Assembly: GCA_030704615.1 (NCBI GenBank)
Contig: CM060734.1
Span: forward strand, 21,700,001-21,764,000
Source: Takakia lepidozioides
Lineage: Eukaryota; Plantae; Bryophyta
Reading direction: 5' to 3'
Length of the DNA: 64,000 bases
Notes under the pieces: generated by a model
Told to the model about the DNA's origin: nothing
The model's database searches: none
The model's input: the letters and a program-made list of their open reading frames with translations, nothing else
Part shown: piece by piece, positions 12,084 to 22,598 of the stretch
How positions within the stretch are numbered: position 1 is the stretch's first letter
How the letters are laid out: the number at the start of each line of letters is the position of its first letter
Program-made: the position numbers and the translations under genes

Positions 12084-12561
12084 ATCAGGATTAGATCTTG
12101 CTTGGGCGGGCTTCTATTCTTCCCCTCCATCTCTGTACTATTTTCATTACCTTGTACTCGTAGTTGCCAAAGCCTCTCTTGGTGGAGGCCAGTCAGTCCG
12201 GGGTTTTGGGCTGGGATATTCTGCAGGTCAGCACTGCAGATGGATTTTGGTGTGGGGGTGTTGATGTTTTGATTTCTTGTGTTTGGATCCCCCCCAACAC
12301 TTGCATGCTTGACTGTGCGCCATGTTGGTTTTGTGTGGGCGCTTGCTTTCATAGGGATTAGGCCGGATTTGATCACCGGTCAATCCTAGAGTATGTTGTC
12401 GGTGGTGAGGCTGGAGTGATGACCAGCAAGACCACCAGTGTTTCTTCTATGGTGAGACTGGGTTGATGACCAGCCAACCATAGGAGTTCTTGCGGTGGAT
12501 GCAGGTGCAGGTGCCCTGAGCCACTGGGATATGACCCTTAAACTGCAACAGGTGCCTACCC

Positions 12562-14100
12562 GTGTCACTATTAGAATTAGTAATAGAGCCTTATAGTGTC
12601 ACGTGGGGGAGGTGCACATTTGTGAGTGTCATCACGGAGTTACCCAGGGGTTCTGAGGGGAGTACGGCTACAGGCAGTAGAAGTGAGAGTGGGTTCACCA
12701 GACGAGGTGTTCGTTTCAGACCACCTTCACCTCCACCCTCAACTAGTGCAGAGTCAGACACAGACTCGGAGGCTTCATCAACAGGTGTGCAGTTTCATTC
12801 GCCATTGTTGTGGGATGACATGGAGGAGATGTATGGAGCTACCAAGGGGCCTTGTAGGTACTCTGGAGCTGTGGGCACAATCGAGTTGGATGACTTTATC
12901 CAGGAGTTCGACAGCTGGTGTGATTTGCAGCAGATGCGCAATCCACAACTATTCACCCCATTCATGGCGTGGAAGGGACTATTCCAGCATTTGGAAGGCC
13001 CGCCTATGGATGATTACCACGAGTTCAGGCGAGGACATGAAGCAGAGATTGAGGAGTGGAGGATGTATTGGTCACCTGACTACGTCTCCATTACTCGAGG
13101 CACGATGCGACCAGTAGCTGCATCAGTACCAATATCTCCCACTGCCAGCACTAGTAGTGGAGCAAGTAGTGCCGGTACTTCTGCAGGTGGTACCAGTTCA
13201 AAAGGTGCTACTACTCCTCCTGCCACGACTACAACACATGTGCCTAGACTCAACCCGGTGGTGGAGTTCTTCTAGGAGTTACGGAGGAACTACCAAGGTG
13301 TACGGACAGAGAAGCTGCGAAGTTTGCAAGACTTCCAGCGCAAACCCAGTGAGAGCCTGCGAGAGGCGTACACTCGTATGAGGCGCTTGATAAGTGTGAC
13401 CCAAGGGGTTACTGAAGCTCAGGCAATCCAATTTTGGTATGGAATTCTGGACAAGGAGCTCAAGAGAAGGGTGCGAGATGCAACCCTGTTACAAGCAGCC
13501 CAACCCACATTAGCAGATGTGTTTTTGCTGGCTGAGCGGATTGAGCTCAACATGGTGGAGGAGCGAGTTGTTACCATTGGATTTGGCAAGGACATGCCTG
13601 CACGAGGCGCAGCTGCCAGCCCATAGGCACAATGGACTGCCCAACAGCGTGGTCAGGGGGGCAAGGTTTCCCAACCCAAGTTCCATGGAGCTTACAGGGG
13701 ACCTCAGATGCAGATGCCCGTGGCATCTTTTGCAGGCCAACAACAACCAGGGGTGATATGTTGGACATGTGGAGGACCCCATGTCAAGAGAGATTGCCCA
13801 GAGAGTGGCAGAAGGCCGGCACAAGCACAGCCTGCACAGTTGCAGTGTGGGCATTGTGGCAAGTATGGGCATGGAGATGCCCAGTGTTATGACTTGCATC
13901 CTGAGTTGCGCCCAGGCCAGTTCCAAGGGAACAATGGTGGCCGGGGGCAAGGTGGACCAGCCCAGAGAGGACGAGGTGGTCGGGCACGAGGTGCAGGCCA
14001 AGGGCAAGCTCAACATGGCCAAGGACGCGGTGGTCAGGGTATTGACCAAGGCATGGCCAACCGGCTTCAGCAGCTAGAGCAGAGGCTCGTTGCAATGGCT
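12562..14100 (+). pseudogene. gag: Gag (capsid-like region + two CCHC zinc knuckles)
   Basis: LDDFIQEFDSWC; LQDFQRKPSESLREAYTRMRRL; CWTCGGPHVKRDC and CGHCGKYGHGDAQC. One frame with TAG stops at 13273 and 13624. Confidence 0.85.
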
Positions 14101-14759
14101 ATAGCTCAGGCGGTACCAGCTCCCAGGCGGGATGGTCCACCTCCTGCTCATGAGGGAGGAGATATAGGAGGCATGGGATTCACGTGCGGAGCAGCACTAC
14201 CATTAGTGCAGGTGGAGTCTGCTACGGCCGTGACTCGAGGAGCAGCACGAGTTCCTGAGCCACGAGGTGCAGAGGTGGAATTGGATCCACAGCGTGGGGA
14301 GGCAAGCCGTCAGGCAAGGCTTCCTCAGTCATTCACATTGACGGAGACTGTGTCGACGCCATCCATGGCACCTAGTTCTCGCCCGACTGTTACCGAGGCG
14401 GAGGTTACTATGCCATTGGGGAGAGCTACACGTGCAGCACTGACACCTGCTACCAAGGCTAGTGCAGCTGGTGTGTTATTGGGGGCAGCCACCTCTGTGT
14501 GTCAAGCCCCACTGTTCTCGGCAATCATAATTGCGACGCCGGGGGTAAGGCCAGCTGCAGTATTCAGACTAGCAGCAACACTCTGTGAGAGTGAGGAGGT
14601 CACTTCATCTTCTGCGGAGTTACTGGAAGGTGTAGTGGCAGAGGGATCCTCAGATTTGAGGGTCAAGACTGCCACGGCTGCGCCATGGCAAGCTGCAGCT
14701 GCCAGGTTGACGGAACTGCCAGCTAGGCCAGCCTTTGAGCGCGCCATGGTGACACCTGG

Positions 14760-15200
14760 AGTTGTCTTGTTAGACAACCAGGATGGCATTTTCTCTTTGA
14801 GTGGACCGGCAGGCAAGAAGTACCGGCCACTGTGGGTCTTGTTGGACTCGGGAGCTCAGCCACTGATGTTGGGCAGAGCTGCTATTGCAGGTTTGGGCCT
14901 CATATAGGTGGATATGGAGCCTTGTCCTTTCCAGATACAGACATCTCTGGGAGGATCAGAGGATCAGAGGCTCGGGGCATGACACGGCGTGAGTTGGCCA
15001 TTGGACTACAAGCAGATCATCCTGTAGATGGCTCAGTGATGCGAGCCAAGGCCATTGTGACAAACACGGTCTCTTACAATGTCCTCGTTGGTGGGGCAGT
15101 GTTATATCCCATGGGCTTCACCCTGGACTTTTGGGAGGAGTCTGCATCCTACAGGCCTGGATGGCAGTCAGGGGATGGTTGTTGTGCACAGCTCCCTGTG
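14760..15200 (+). pseudogene. Retropepsin-type aspartic protease
   Basis: VLLDSGAQP...YNVLVGG. Interrupted by TAG at 14905 and an 8-bp duplication (GGATCAGA x2, ~14953-14968) whose removal joins the gag and pol frames. Confidence 0.8.
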
Positions 15201-15559
15201 ACATTCATTGGGGGTATTGCGGCTGCCCAACGGGGCAAGATGCCAACACTAGCCGCCTTTACAGCTGCAGTTAGTTGACCTGGAGAGTTGCTGGAGGGCA
15301 ATGCCCATGCAGAGGATGTACCACCTCCAGCAGAGCAGGATGACATGCATGGTATGGCGGAGTTGCCTGCCATGGTTGCTCACACTCCATTGTGGGGTAC
15401 GAGCAAAGATTTGTAGCAGGCTGCTGATGGACGGGTGCAACAAGCTTGGGTAGAAGCTTTCGTACCGTCAGGAGAGGAGGAGAGTGCGGTGATTGCACCA
15501 GGACCACCCCAATTGTCGCCATTGGACACCACACCTCTTGTGTGGCAGTGCCCGGATGA

Positions 15560-16530
15560 AGGCATATGCCTTCTGGACTTGTTTGGCGGGATCAGCACTG
15601 GATTGGCTGCAGTGCTGCAGACAGGTGTACGAGTTCAACGTTACCTATATGTGGAGAGGGATGAGACTGCACGACGCGTCTCACTGCGCCATGTTGATCA
15701 GTTGGTACAGCAGTACCATGTTTTGTTGCCAATGTCTGCAGTTCGTGGATACCAACAAGCCTTGCCAGCAGACATTTCGTTGTTGGGGGCGCAGGATTTG
15801 GAGCAGGTTGGCTCCATTGATCTGGTAGTGGCAGGTTGGCCCTGCCAAGGGCATTCATCAGCCGGGCATGGCAATGGATTGCGAGATTCGAGGACGGGTC
15901 TGTTTTGGGAGATGATGCGGGTTTTGCGCCACTTGCAGCTTCATCAAGCTGTATCTCCAGCATACATCTTGGAGAATGTGCCACTGATGGGTGATTCTCG
16001 GGCCAGGGTGATGGCCAGTGTGCATCAAGTCCGGTCGTGGCTTGGGTCAGCAGTGTTGCTGGATGCAGCTGTAGTGGGGTCACGGGCTCATCGTCCACGG
16101 CTTTGGTGGACTAACTTGATGCCACCCGCACTGCTCAAGCGTGCATTTGATGGGGTGCAGCGGCCAGCACACCTCACCGTGGATGGCATTTTGGACACAG
16201 GGAGGCAGTCTCAACGTGTGAGACATGATGACCATTCGCCTTTGGCAGTGGTCAACAGGATGGGTCAACCACGAGCAGCATTACCTACACTGCTCAGCTT
16301 CCCAGGATCCCATGCTTTTCGGGATGGTGGACCTGGCCTCTTGTGGGATAGCCAGTTGCAACAGTTAGTGGAGCCTAATGCCAACGAGCGAGAGTGGGCT
16401 ATGGGATTTTCCACTGGGACCACGGCGGTGCCTTCTCTTTCTGAGGCATCACGTCGTCAGGTGTTGGGGCAAGCAATGGATCTCAATTGCTTGACCTGGA
16501 TTATCAGCTTGGCTATGGCTGAGCAACGTA
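15560..16530 (+). CDS. C5 DNA cytosine methyltransferase domain (DNMT3/DRM-like) within the polyprotein
   Basis: Motif I LLDLFGGI, IV GWPCQG, VI ENV, VIII AHRPRLWW, IX ERE.AMGF and X LGQAM in ORF 15435-16811. Same frame as RT. Confidence 0.92.
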
Positions 16531-16970
16531 GAGTGCGGAGTGCACTTCCCTTGACGGTCTCTCTGCCTACCGAGACGGTACAGGCAGCGAGTGGGGGTGA
16601 GCCGGTGAGGACCACGGGGTGTAGACATCCATGGCACACGTGGGAGGTGCTCGAGGTTCAGAGGGAGTTGGCAGCCAAGGCAGCTGTGATGGATGAGGTT
16701 GGGGATTCTTCTCGGGATGAGGAGGTTCTCAATGATGAGATGATGGGGCAGGATGAGGCCTTGTCATTGATTGAGCAGGAAGGGAGTACTGCTCAAAAGG
16801 TTGCAGCATAGCAACCACGGGACGCGTCTTCTACCTCTAAGCCCACTAGACTTAAGGTCGCAGTTACGGAGGACAATTGGGAGCCTGACATTGGACCCAT
16901 TGTCACCGGAGGAGAGAGACAATGTATACGGCGGTTCCTGAGGGCTTATAGGAATTGCTTTGCCTTCAGT

Positions 16971-18310
16971 TTGAAGGACTTAGGAGCATTGAAGGGTCAA
17001 GAGATCCGTATTGAGTTGGCCACTGACACGCCAATCTTTCGGAGACCCTATAGATACAGTGACATGGAGAGGTCTTTGATTCAGATGAGGACTCAAGATC
17101 TCTGGGAGGCAGGTTTGGTGGAGCTCTCTGGTGGAGAATATGCTTCAGCCACAGTGATGCCAGCCAAGAAGGATGTCTATGGCAATTGGACGGAGAGACG
17201 TATGTGCGGTGATTACTGGCCTGTAAATCGTCAGACCAAGTCCGATAGGTATGCCATGCCGACACCAAAGGAGATCTTTGATGCCATAGGGCATTCCAAG
17301 GTCTTTAGCACGTTGGATTTACGATCCGGATATCACCAGTTGCCGATCAAGGAGGCGGATAAGCAAAAGACGGCATTCTGGGGGATCAATGAGCACGGGA
17401 AGGATTGCCTATACCAATGGCGGTTCTTACCATTTGGGCTTAAAAATGCTCCCGCTGAGTTTCAAAGAGTCATGGACAAGATTCTAGCAGGGGTGGAGTT
17501 TGCTCGGTGCTACATAGATGACATCATCATCTTTAGTGCTATGGTGGAGGAGCATGAGAGACACCTTCAGGGGGTATTTGAGCGCTTGAGGACGCACGGA
17601 TTGAAGTTACATCCGGGCAAGTGCAAGTTTTTCCACAACCAGATTGAGTATTTGGGTCACATGATATATCCTGGAGGATTGGGGGTACAGCAGACTAAGG
17701 TAGAGTCCATTGCACAGGTTCCACGCCCCACGGATGTGAGCCGAGTTCGAGCTTTCATGGGGTTAGCAAACTATTACAGACGGTTTGTTAAGGGATTTAG
17801 TGCCATTGCAAAGGCTCTAACCAAGCTGACCAAGGTGGACCAGGAGTGGCAGTGGGAAGATGAGCAAAAACAAGATTTTCAAGAGCTCAAGGCGAGGTTG
17901 ACCTCGGCGCCCATCTTGAGACGACCTATCAGGGGGCGTCATTTTCAGCTGCATACAGATTGGAGCATGCTGGGGCTTGGAGCGGTGCTCACATAGGTGG
18001 TTGATGAGGGAAGAGAGTTCGTAGTGGCTTATGCTAGCCGCTCGAACAATGCTGCAGAGTCTAAGTATAGCTCATATGAGGGAGAATGCTTGGTTGCAGT
18101 GTGGGCCGTGGCACACTTCAGGTGCTATCTATACGGCAATCTCTTCACTCTTGTCATGGATCACCAACCACTCAAGTGGTTGATGGAGTCAAACAAGCTT
18201 ACGGGGAAGCTTGCACGGTGGGCACTCATCCTTCAAGAGTATGACTTTCAGGTGGTGCATCGACCGGGTTTGGTCAATCGCAATGCAGATGGGTTGAGTC
18301 ACAATCCATG
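16971..18310 (+). pseudogene. pol: Ty3/Gypsy reverse transcriptase + RNase H
   Basis: RMCGDY, LDLRSGYHQ, LPFGLKNAP, YIDD, YLGH. RNase H motifs HTDWS..GLGAVL, YSSYEGE, DHQPL, NADGLS. TAG at 17994. Confidence 0.95.
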
Positions 18311-18689
18311 CACGAGCCAGCAGGATGACACTGGAGCTCGGTGGCATGGTGAGACGGACGAGGAGATGGTGCCCGGATGGCATGCATCTGCATTTCTGTG
18401 TATCTTGGCAGCGGAAGGCCAGGTTGGACCTGCAACAGGGATGACTATAGATGGAGTGTCTGAGGACCCTGAGGCCAGCAATGAGCAAGGTGGCGCCAAA
18501 GATATACATGAGGATTCAATTGTGTTGGACTACCTCCGCACTGGAGACACTGCAGCCACTGTGACTGCCAAGGAGAGGGATCAGATCCTACAACGAGCCA
18601 AGAGGTTCAAGTGGGAGGGGACACACCTGCTCCGAGTGTGGGAGGATGGTCGAGTGAGGATTGTGCCTCACCCAACACAGCGGGCACGG

Positions 18690-19945
18690 TTAGTGCGGCA
18701 TGCCCATGAGGAGTTGGGGCATTTTGGGATACGACGCACTCATAGTCTACTACAGGGGCAGTATTGGTGGCGTGGTATGCACACAGAGGTGCAACAATTT
18801 GTGGCTAGGTGCATGGTGTGTGACAGGGTGCGTGCTTCATTCAATGCCCCTACTCCACAATTGCACCATCTTCTGATCATGGGATTGGGCTACAGGTGGA
18901 GTCTTGACTTCGCAGGGCCATTGCCACTGACCATGCGTCACAACAAGTACGTGTTGGTGATGGTGGAGCACTTCTCCAAGTGGATTGAGTTGGTTCCATT
19001 GCCTGTGAGGCTAGTGAGGGAGCTGCGTATGCATTCTTGGATTGTGTGCTTAGCCGATTTGGTGCTCCAACTGAGGTACTCACGGACCAAGGGAGAGAGT
19101 TCTTGGGGGAGTTTCAGGCTTTGTGTGACAAGGCCTTGATAGACCACCGCACCACTTCTCGGGATCATCATGAGGCCGATGGCTTGGCAGAGAGAGTTGT
19201 TCAGATAGTAAAGAGGGATTTGTGCAAGTATGGCTTGCAGAAGGGACACCTAGGAGATTGGGACCTTCAGTTACCCTGGTTAGCCATGGGCTACAGGTTC
19301 AGCAAGCAAGCATCACTTGCCTCCTTCTCACCATACTTTCTTCTCTTTGGCCGAGAGCCGGATTTGCCTGCATCCATTTGCAGAGAAGCTGCTGCAGTTC
19401 TTAACCTTGACGATCCGGACGTGTGGGCACGTGCATGTGAGCAGCGTGCAGAGTTGTTCAAGAATGTCATGCCCATGGCTTTCGAAAACCTTGCCATCGC
19501 ACAACACCGTGATACGTTGAGGTATGCTACCATACGTGGTGGGGGCTATCGTCCTGGGGTTCGGAGATTCAACCCTGGTGACTATGTTTACCTGCAGCAG
19601 ACTGCTCCTACGACCTTGGATGTGACTGCAGGACGTGTTATTTTGAGGATTCGAGAGGTTTTGCCCTCAGGCATCTTGGTCTTGAAGGGTCGGGATGGCA
19701 TAACTTGGAAGGACCATGTGCGTAATTGTGTGTCATGTCACCTTCCGAATGTCGATGGCAGGATTGACCCAAACCTGGCACTGGTATCTGCAGGTTTGAG
19801 GTGCATGTTGTGTGGGTCTGCTAGAGGGGCAGCCACCATGCTGGTGTGTGATCGATGCTCTAGAGGTTGGCATATGGGCTGCTTGACTCCACCTCTTGAG
19901 ATGGTTCCGGATGGGGATTGGTTATGTCCACATTGCATTGGATAG
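18690..19945 (+). pseudogene. DDE integrase with C-terminal PHD finger
   Basis: HEELGH..CMVC zinc finger, SLDFAGP, TDQGREF, GLAER. Frameshift ~19005. PHD CMLC..MLVCDRC..GWHMGC..WLCPHC at ~19800-19940. No tyrosine recombinase seen. Confidence 0.93.
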
Positions 19946-20190
19946 TGGGAGTGGATACAACCATGGAGGGCTAACAAGAAACGCAAGGCCAAGCTACTAG
20001 GGGACCTTGAACACACGAGGTCTTGACTCAAGTTCATAGATTGCAAGACGGCAACTAACGATGGGGCTACTCTTGTACCCGGCCTCTTGGTCTATAGAGT
20101 TTGAGTACAACAGGGACAGTGATAGAGGACTTAGTATGGCTGTGGCTATTACATCTTGTAGCTATCTGGAGGTAGAGGGACCTATCCACC

Positions 20191-20205
20191 AGCTAGGGGG
20201 GCGAT
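20191..20205 (+). promoter_or_regulatory. Polypurine tract
   Basis: AGCTAGGGGGGCGAT immediately before TGTGG (start of B1). Same motif in copy 2 (23281-23298, -). Confidence 0.75.
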
Positions 20206-20731
20206 TGTGGCAGACTACTTTATTGTGCATATATGTGTGGTGTGGTTTGGACAGCGCTGTAGTTATGTAGCGATACGTCTGCGCACGACAGCTGTCAAGT
20301 TAAATAAGCACAGTGTGAAAACAACTAGAATAAAGCTAGTTATTTGTATTTAACACTTGGATTTAGGTCAAGTGTTAAATCAGGTATCAAGTTTAGTTTG
20401 ACACCTGAACCGCCTTATCTTCACGAGAGCGGCAGTCGCGCAGCTCATCTCTCGCGAGTTGAGCCTACGCGACCGAGCTCCTGCATTGTTTAGGACTGAG
20501 TGTGCTTATGATGGGAGTATAGGTTGTTGTGGGGTGGAGTCCCCATAGCTTGGGGTGCCCCTGGCTCGACTTCTGTTTTAACGAGTGATAGCGATGGATT
20601 TCATGTTGTTTCTGGTGTGAACAATATGTCTCTTAGCTTGTTCTATTGTGGCAGACTACTTTATTGTGCATATATGTGTGGTGTGGTTTGGACAGCGATG
20701 TAGTTATGTAGCGATATGTATGCGCACGACA
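20206..20731 (+). repeat. Right-end block B1 (20206-20290)-GC-A2 (20293-20646)-B2 (20647-20731)
   Basis: B1 and B2 are 85-bp direct repeats (TGTGG..CGACA, ~3 mismatches). A2 matches A1. Palindrome GACAGCTGTC at 20287-20296. Confidence 0.95.
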
Positions 20732-21034
20732 TCTTGTTTGTGATGATAGCCGTAAGAGAACAAGGCGATGTGAGGTGTATGGCTTTAAAGCATTTATGTA
20801 TAGAGGTGATGGGGAGTTTAAAATTGTTTTGAAGCGCAAAGATGCTCGCATTATGGATGCCGCCTCTGATGCCGGTAGTGATGACGATAAGTGGGCCTGG
20901 CGGATGACCAAGATGAGTGGTGCGTATTTCTGTCATTTTTCGAGAGTGGAGGTGTCGGGAAAGCGGTCATGGCAATAGGTGAATTCAATGAAGTGTATGG
21001 TGAGTGCTTGGGTCGAGTCGATGGGTGGGGGAGT

Positions 21035-21390
21035 TGTCATGCACCTAAGCATCGTACCACAACATATATCGTTGTCCAAACATAATCTAAGCACACAATC
21101 CTAGAAAGCTATGCCACAATGATAATGAAAAGTGAACACAATTTGGAAACACTCCACTCATGAATCCACTCAATCACATAAACTAAGTCAAGCCAAGGGC
21201 ACCTTTGCCAAAGGAATCCACCCTACAAAGCCCTCACCACACTCCCTCTCAATACCTAGAGCTATGGAGGTGGGAGAGGCTCATGGAGGCTCAACTACAA
21301 GAAGATGAGCCTCCTCAACCCTCACAAGGGGAAAACCCATCCCCATGTCCCAAGTGAGACTTGACACCTCACTTGGCATATGAGACCACA
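21035..21390 (-). mobile_element. Diverged, truncated right end (A2-B2) of a third member of the split-repeat Gypsy family
   Basis: B-like 84 bp (21035-21118) ending ..ATGACA on minus; junction TTATCA|TTGTGGC; GGCTCA..TGAGCC motif; hairpin 21350-21376. Confidence 0.65.
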
Positions 21391-21780
21391 ACACCTTGGG
21401 AGTGTAGAATTAGAAGTGAAGATTGGCTTTCTCGTCTGGCTTTATTGATTACTCTGTTATCAATCAGAAAAGTATGCTACACTAGTTATGTCTTCAAAGA
21501 AGGCTGTTCAAACTATGAATATTGTCATATGATCATAGAAGCAGTAGAGTACTGGATACCCAAAGACTTGTTACAGGTCAGATACACTGAGAAGGACAAA
21601 TGGTATTATTGTACCCATTAAAAGATTGGTGACCAATCAGTAATGAAACATTAAGTTGTGCTACGGATTCTGACAAGATGTGGTAATCTTGTAGAAAGGG
21701 TAGGGACCACTATAATTTTCTTTACTGACAGACCAAGGCCTATGAAAGGGTACTAAAAGAATTCCATATATGATGTGGGA

Positions 21781-22598
21781 ATGAATGAAGAAAATAGGGA
21801 AAAAGCTAAGCAAGATAGAGCTGAGAGATTAGTAAGATACGCATCAGAAAGGGAAACGCGATTGAAAGTAGAATTCCCATAACTACATAATCTTAATATT
21901 CTTCAAGGAGAGACATCAGGACAAGCTGACACTAATAATCCAGAAGATCGGGAGACCAGATCTCCAGAAACTGAAAATACCACACCAGAAGGAGCTGCGA
22001 GTAATACACTCAACGAATGGTTATCACAAAAAAGATATGAAGCACCTTCCACAGTAACAAGCCCAAATCGAGGTTTTACGGAATTATTGGAGGAAAAATT
22101 TGAGGATCTTTTAAGTTAAGAAGGCGAAAGAATTGAAACCGCTTCTCCAAAGAAAGTAAACCGAACAGCACTCAAAACTTTTAAATATTCATTAAGTTCA
22201 GTTGGGACAGCAGCTAGCAGGCGGCTATCCTTGGGACAAGGGCCTCCTAGTTTCGAATCTCTCTTTGGAAGACAAACACCAGCAACACCACTAGTATTGA
22301 CAATCCCAACACCAACATCATCAACAGCGGCTGGACCATTTCAGTTTGGACAACCTGCAGCATCAGTTGCACCTGCAGTAGCAGCAAGCAAAACCCGACC
22401 ACCATTCCCTCTGTATGATGGGAAATCTGATCCAAATATCCATCTTAATCAATTTGAGAACATGTGCACTATTTACAATGAAGCCACGGATCAGGAAAAG
22501 ATCTGATTGTTTCCATGTTCAATGGCCAGGAAGGGCATTGAATGGTTGGCAACATTCCCAGCCAAGCATTTTGCAACCTGGGATGATATGAAAGCGGT
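21781..22598 (+). pseudogene. gag: Gag N-terminus of a different Gypsy (Retrotrans_gag, Tat/Athila-like), cut by insertion at 22599
   Basis: FPLYDGKSDPNIHLNQFENMC..KI*LFPCSMARKGIEWL...TWDDMKA with several stops. Confidence 0.75.

Larger units (their letters stand above)
8825..20731 (+). mobile_element. Ty3/Gypsy-type retroelement with DNMT and PHD domains and split direct repeats (A1..B1-A2-B2)
   Basis: Starts TGTCAAG (8825) and ends GCACGACA (20731). TCTT 4-bp TSD at 8821-8824 and 20732-20735. Internal order Gag-PR-DNMT-RT-RH-IN. PPT at 20191-20205. Confidence 0.93.

Noticed and set aside
15435-16811. Host or bacterial methyltransferase gene / restriction-modification system
   Set aside because: In frame between retroviral protease and RT. 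No partner nuclease and no prokaryotic context.
8825-20731. Classification as a DIRS/PAT/Ngaro tyrosine-recombinase element because of the split repeats
   Set aside because: No recombinase ORF seen. A protease, HHCC-DDE integrase, PPT, TG..CA ends and 4-bp TSD are present.
20206-20731. B1-A2-B2 as a solo LTR or a small nested insertion
   Set aside because: A is not flanked by a TSD, the TSD brackets the whole A1..B2 unit, and the layout recurs in diverged copies.
21035-21366. Solo A-B recombination product ending at ACTTGACA (21366)
   Set aside because: The flanks GAGT and CCTC do not form a TSD, and the motif lies in the loop of the conserved hairpin.
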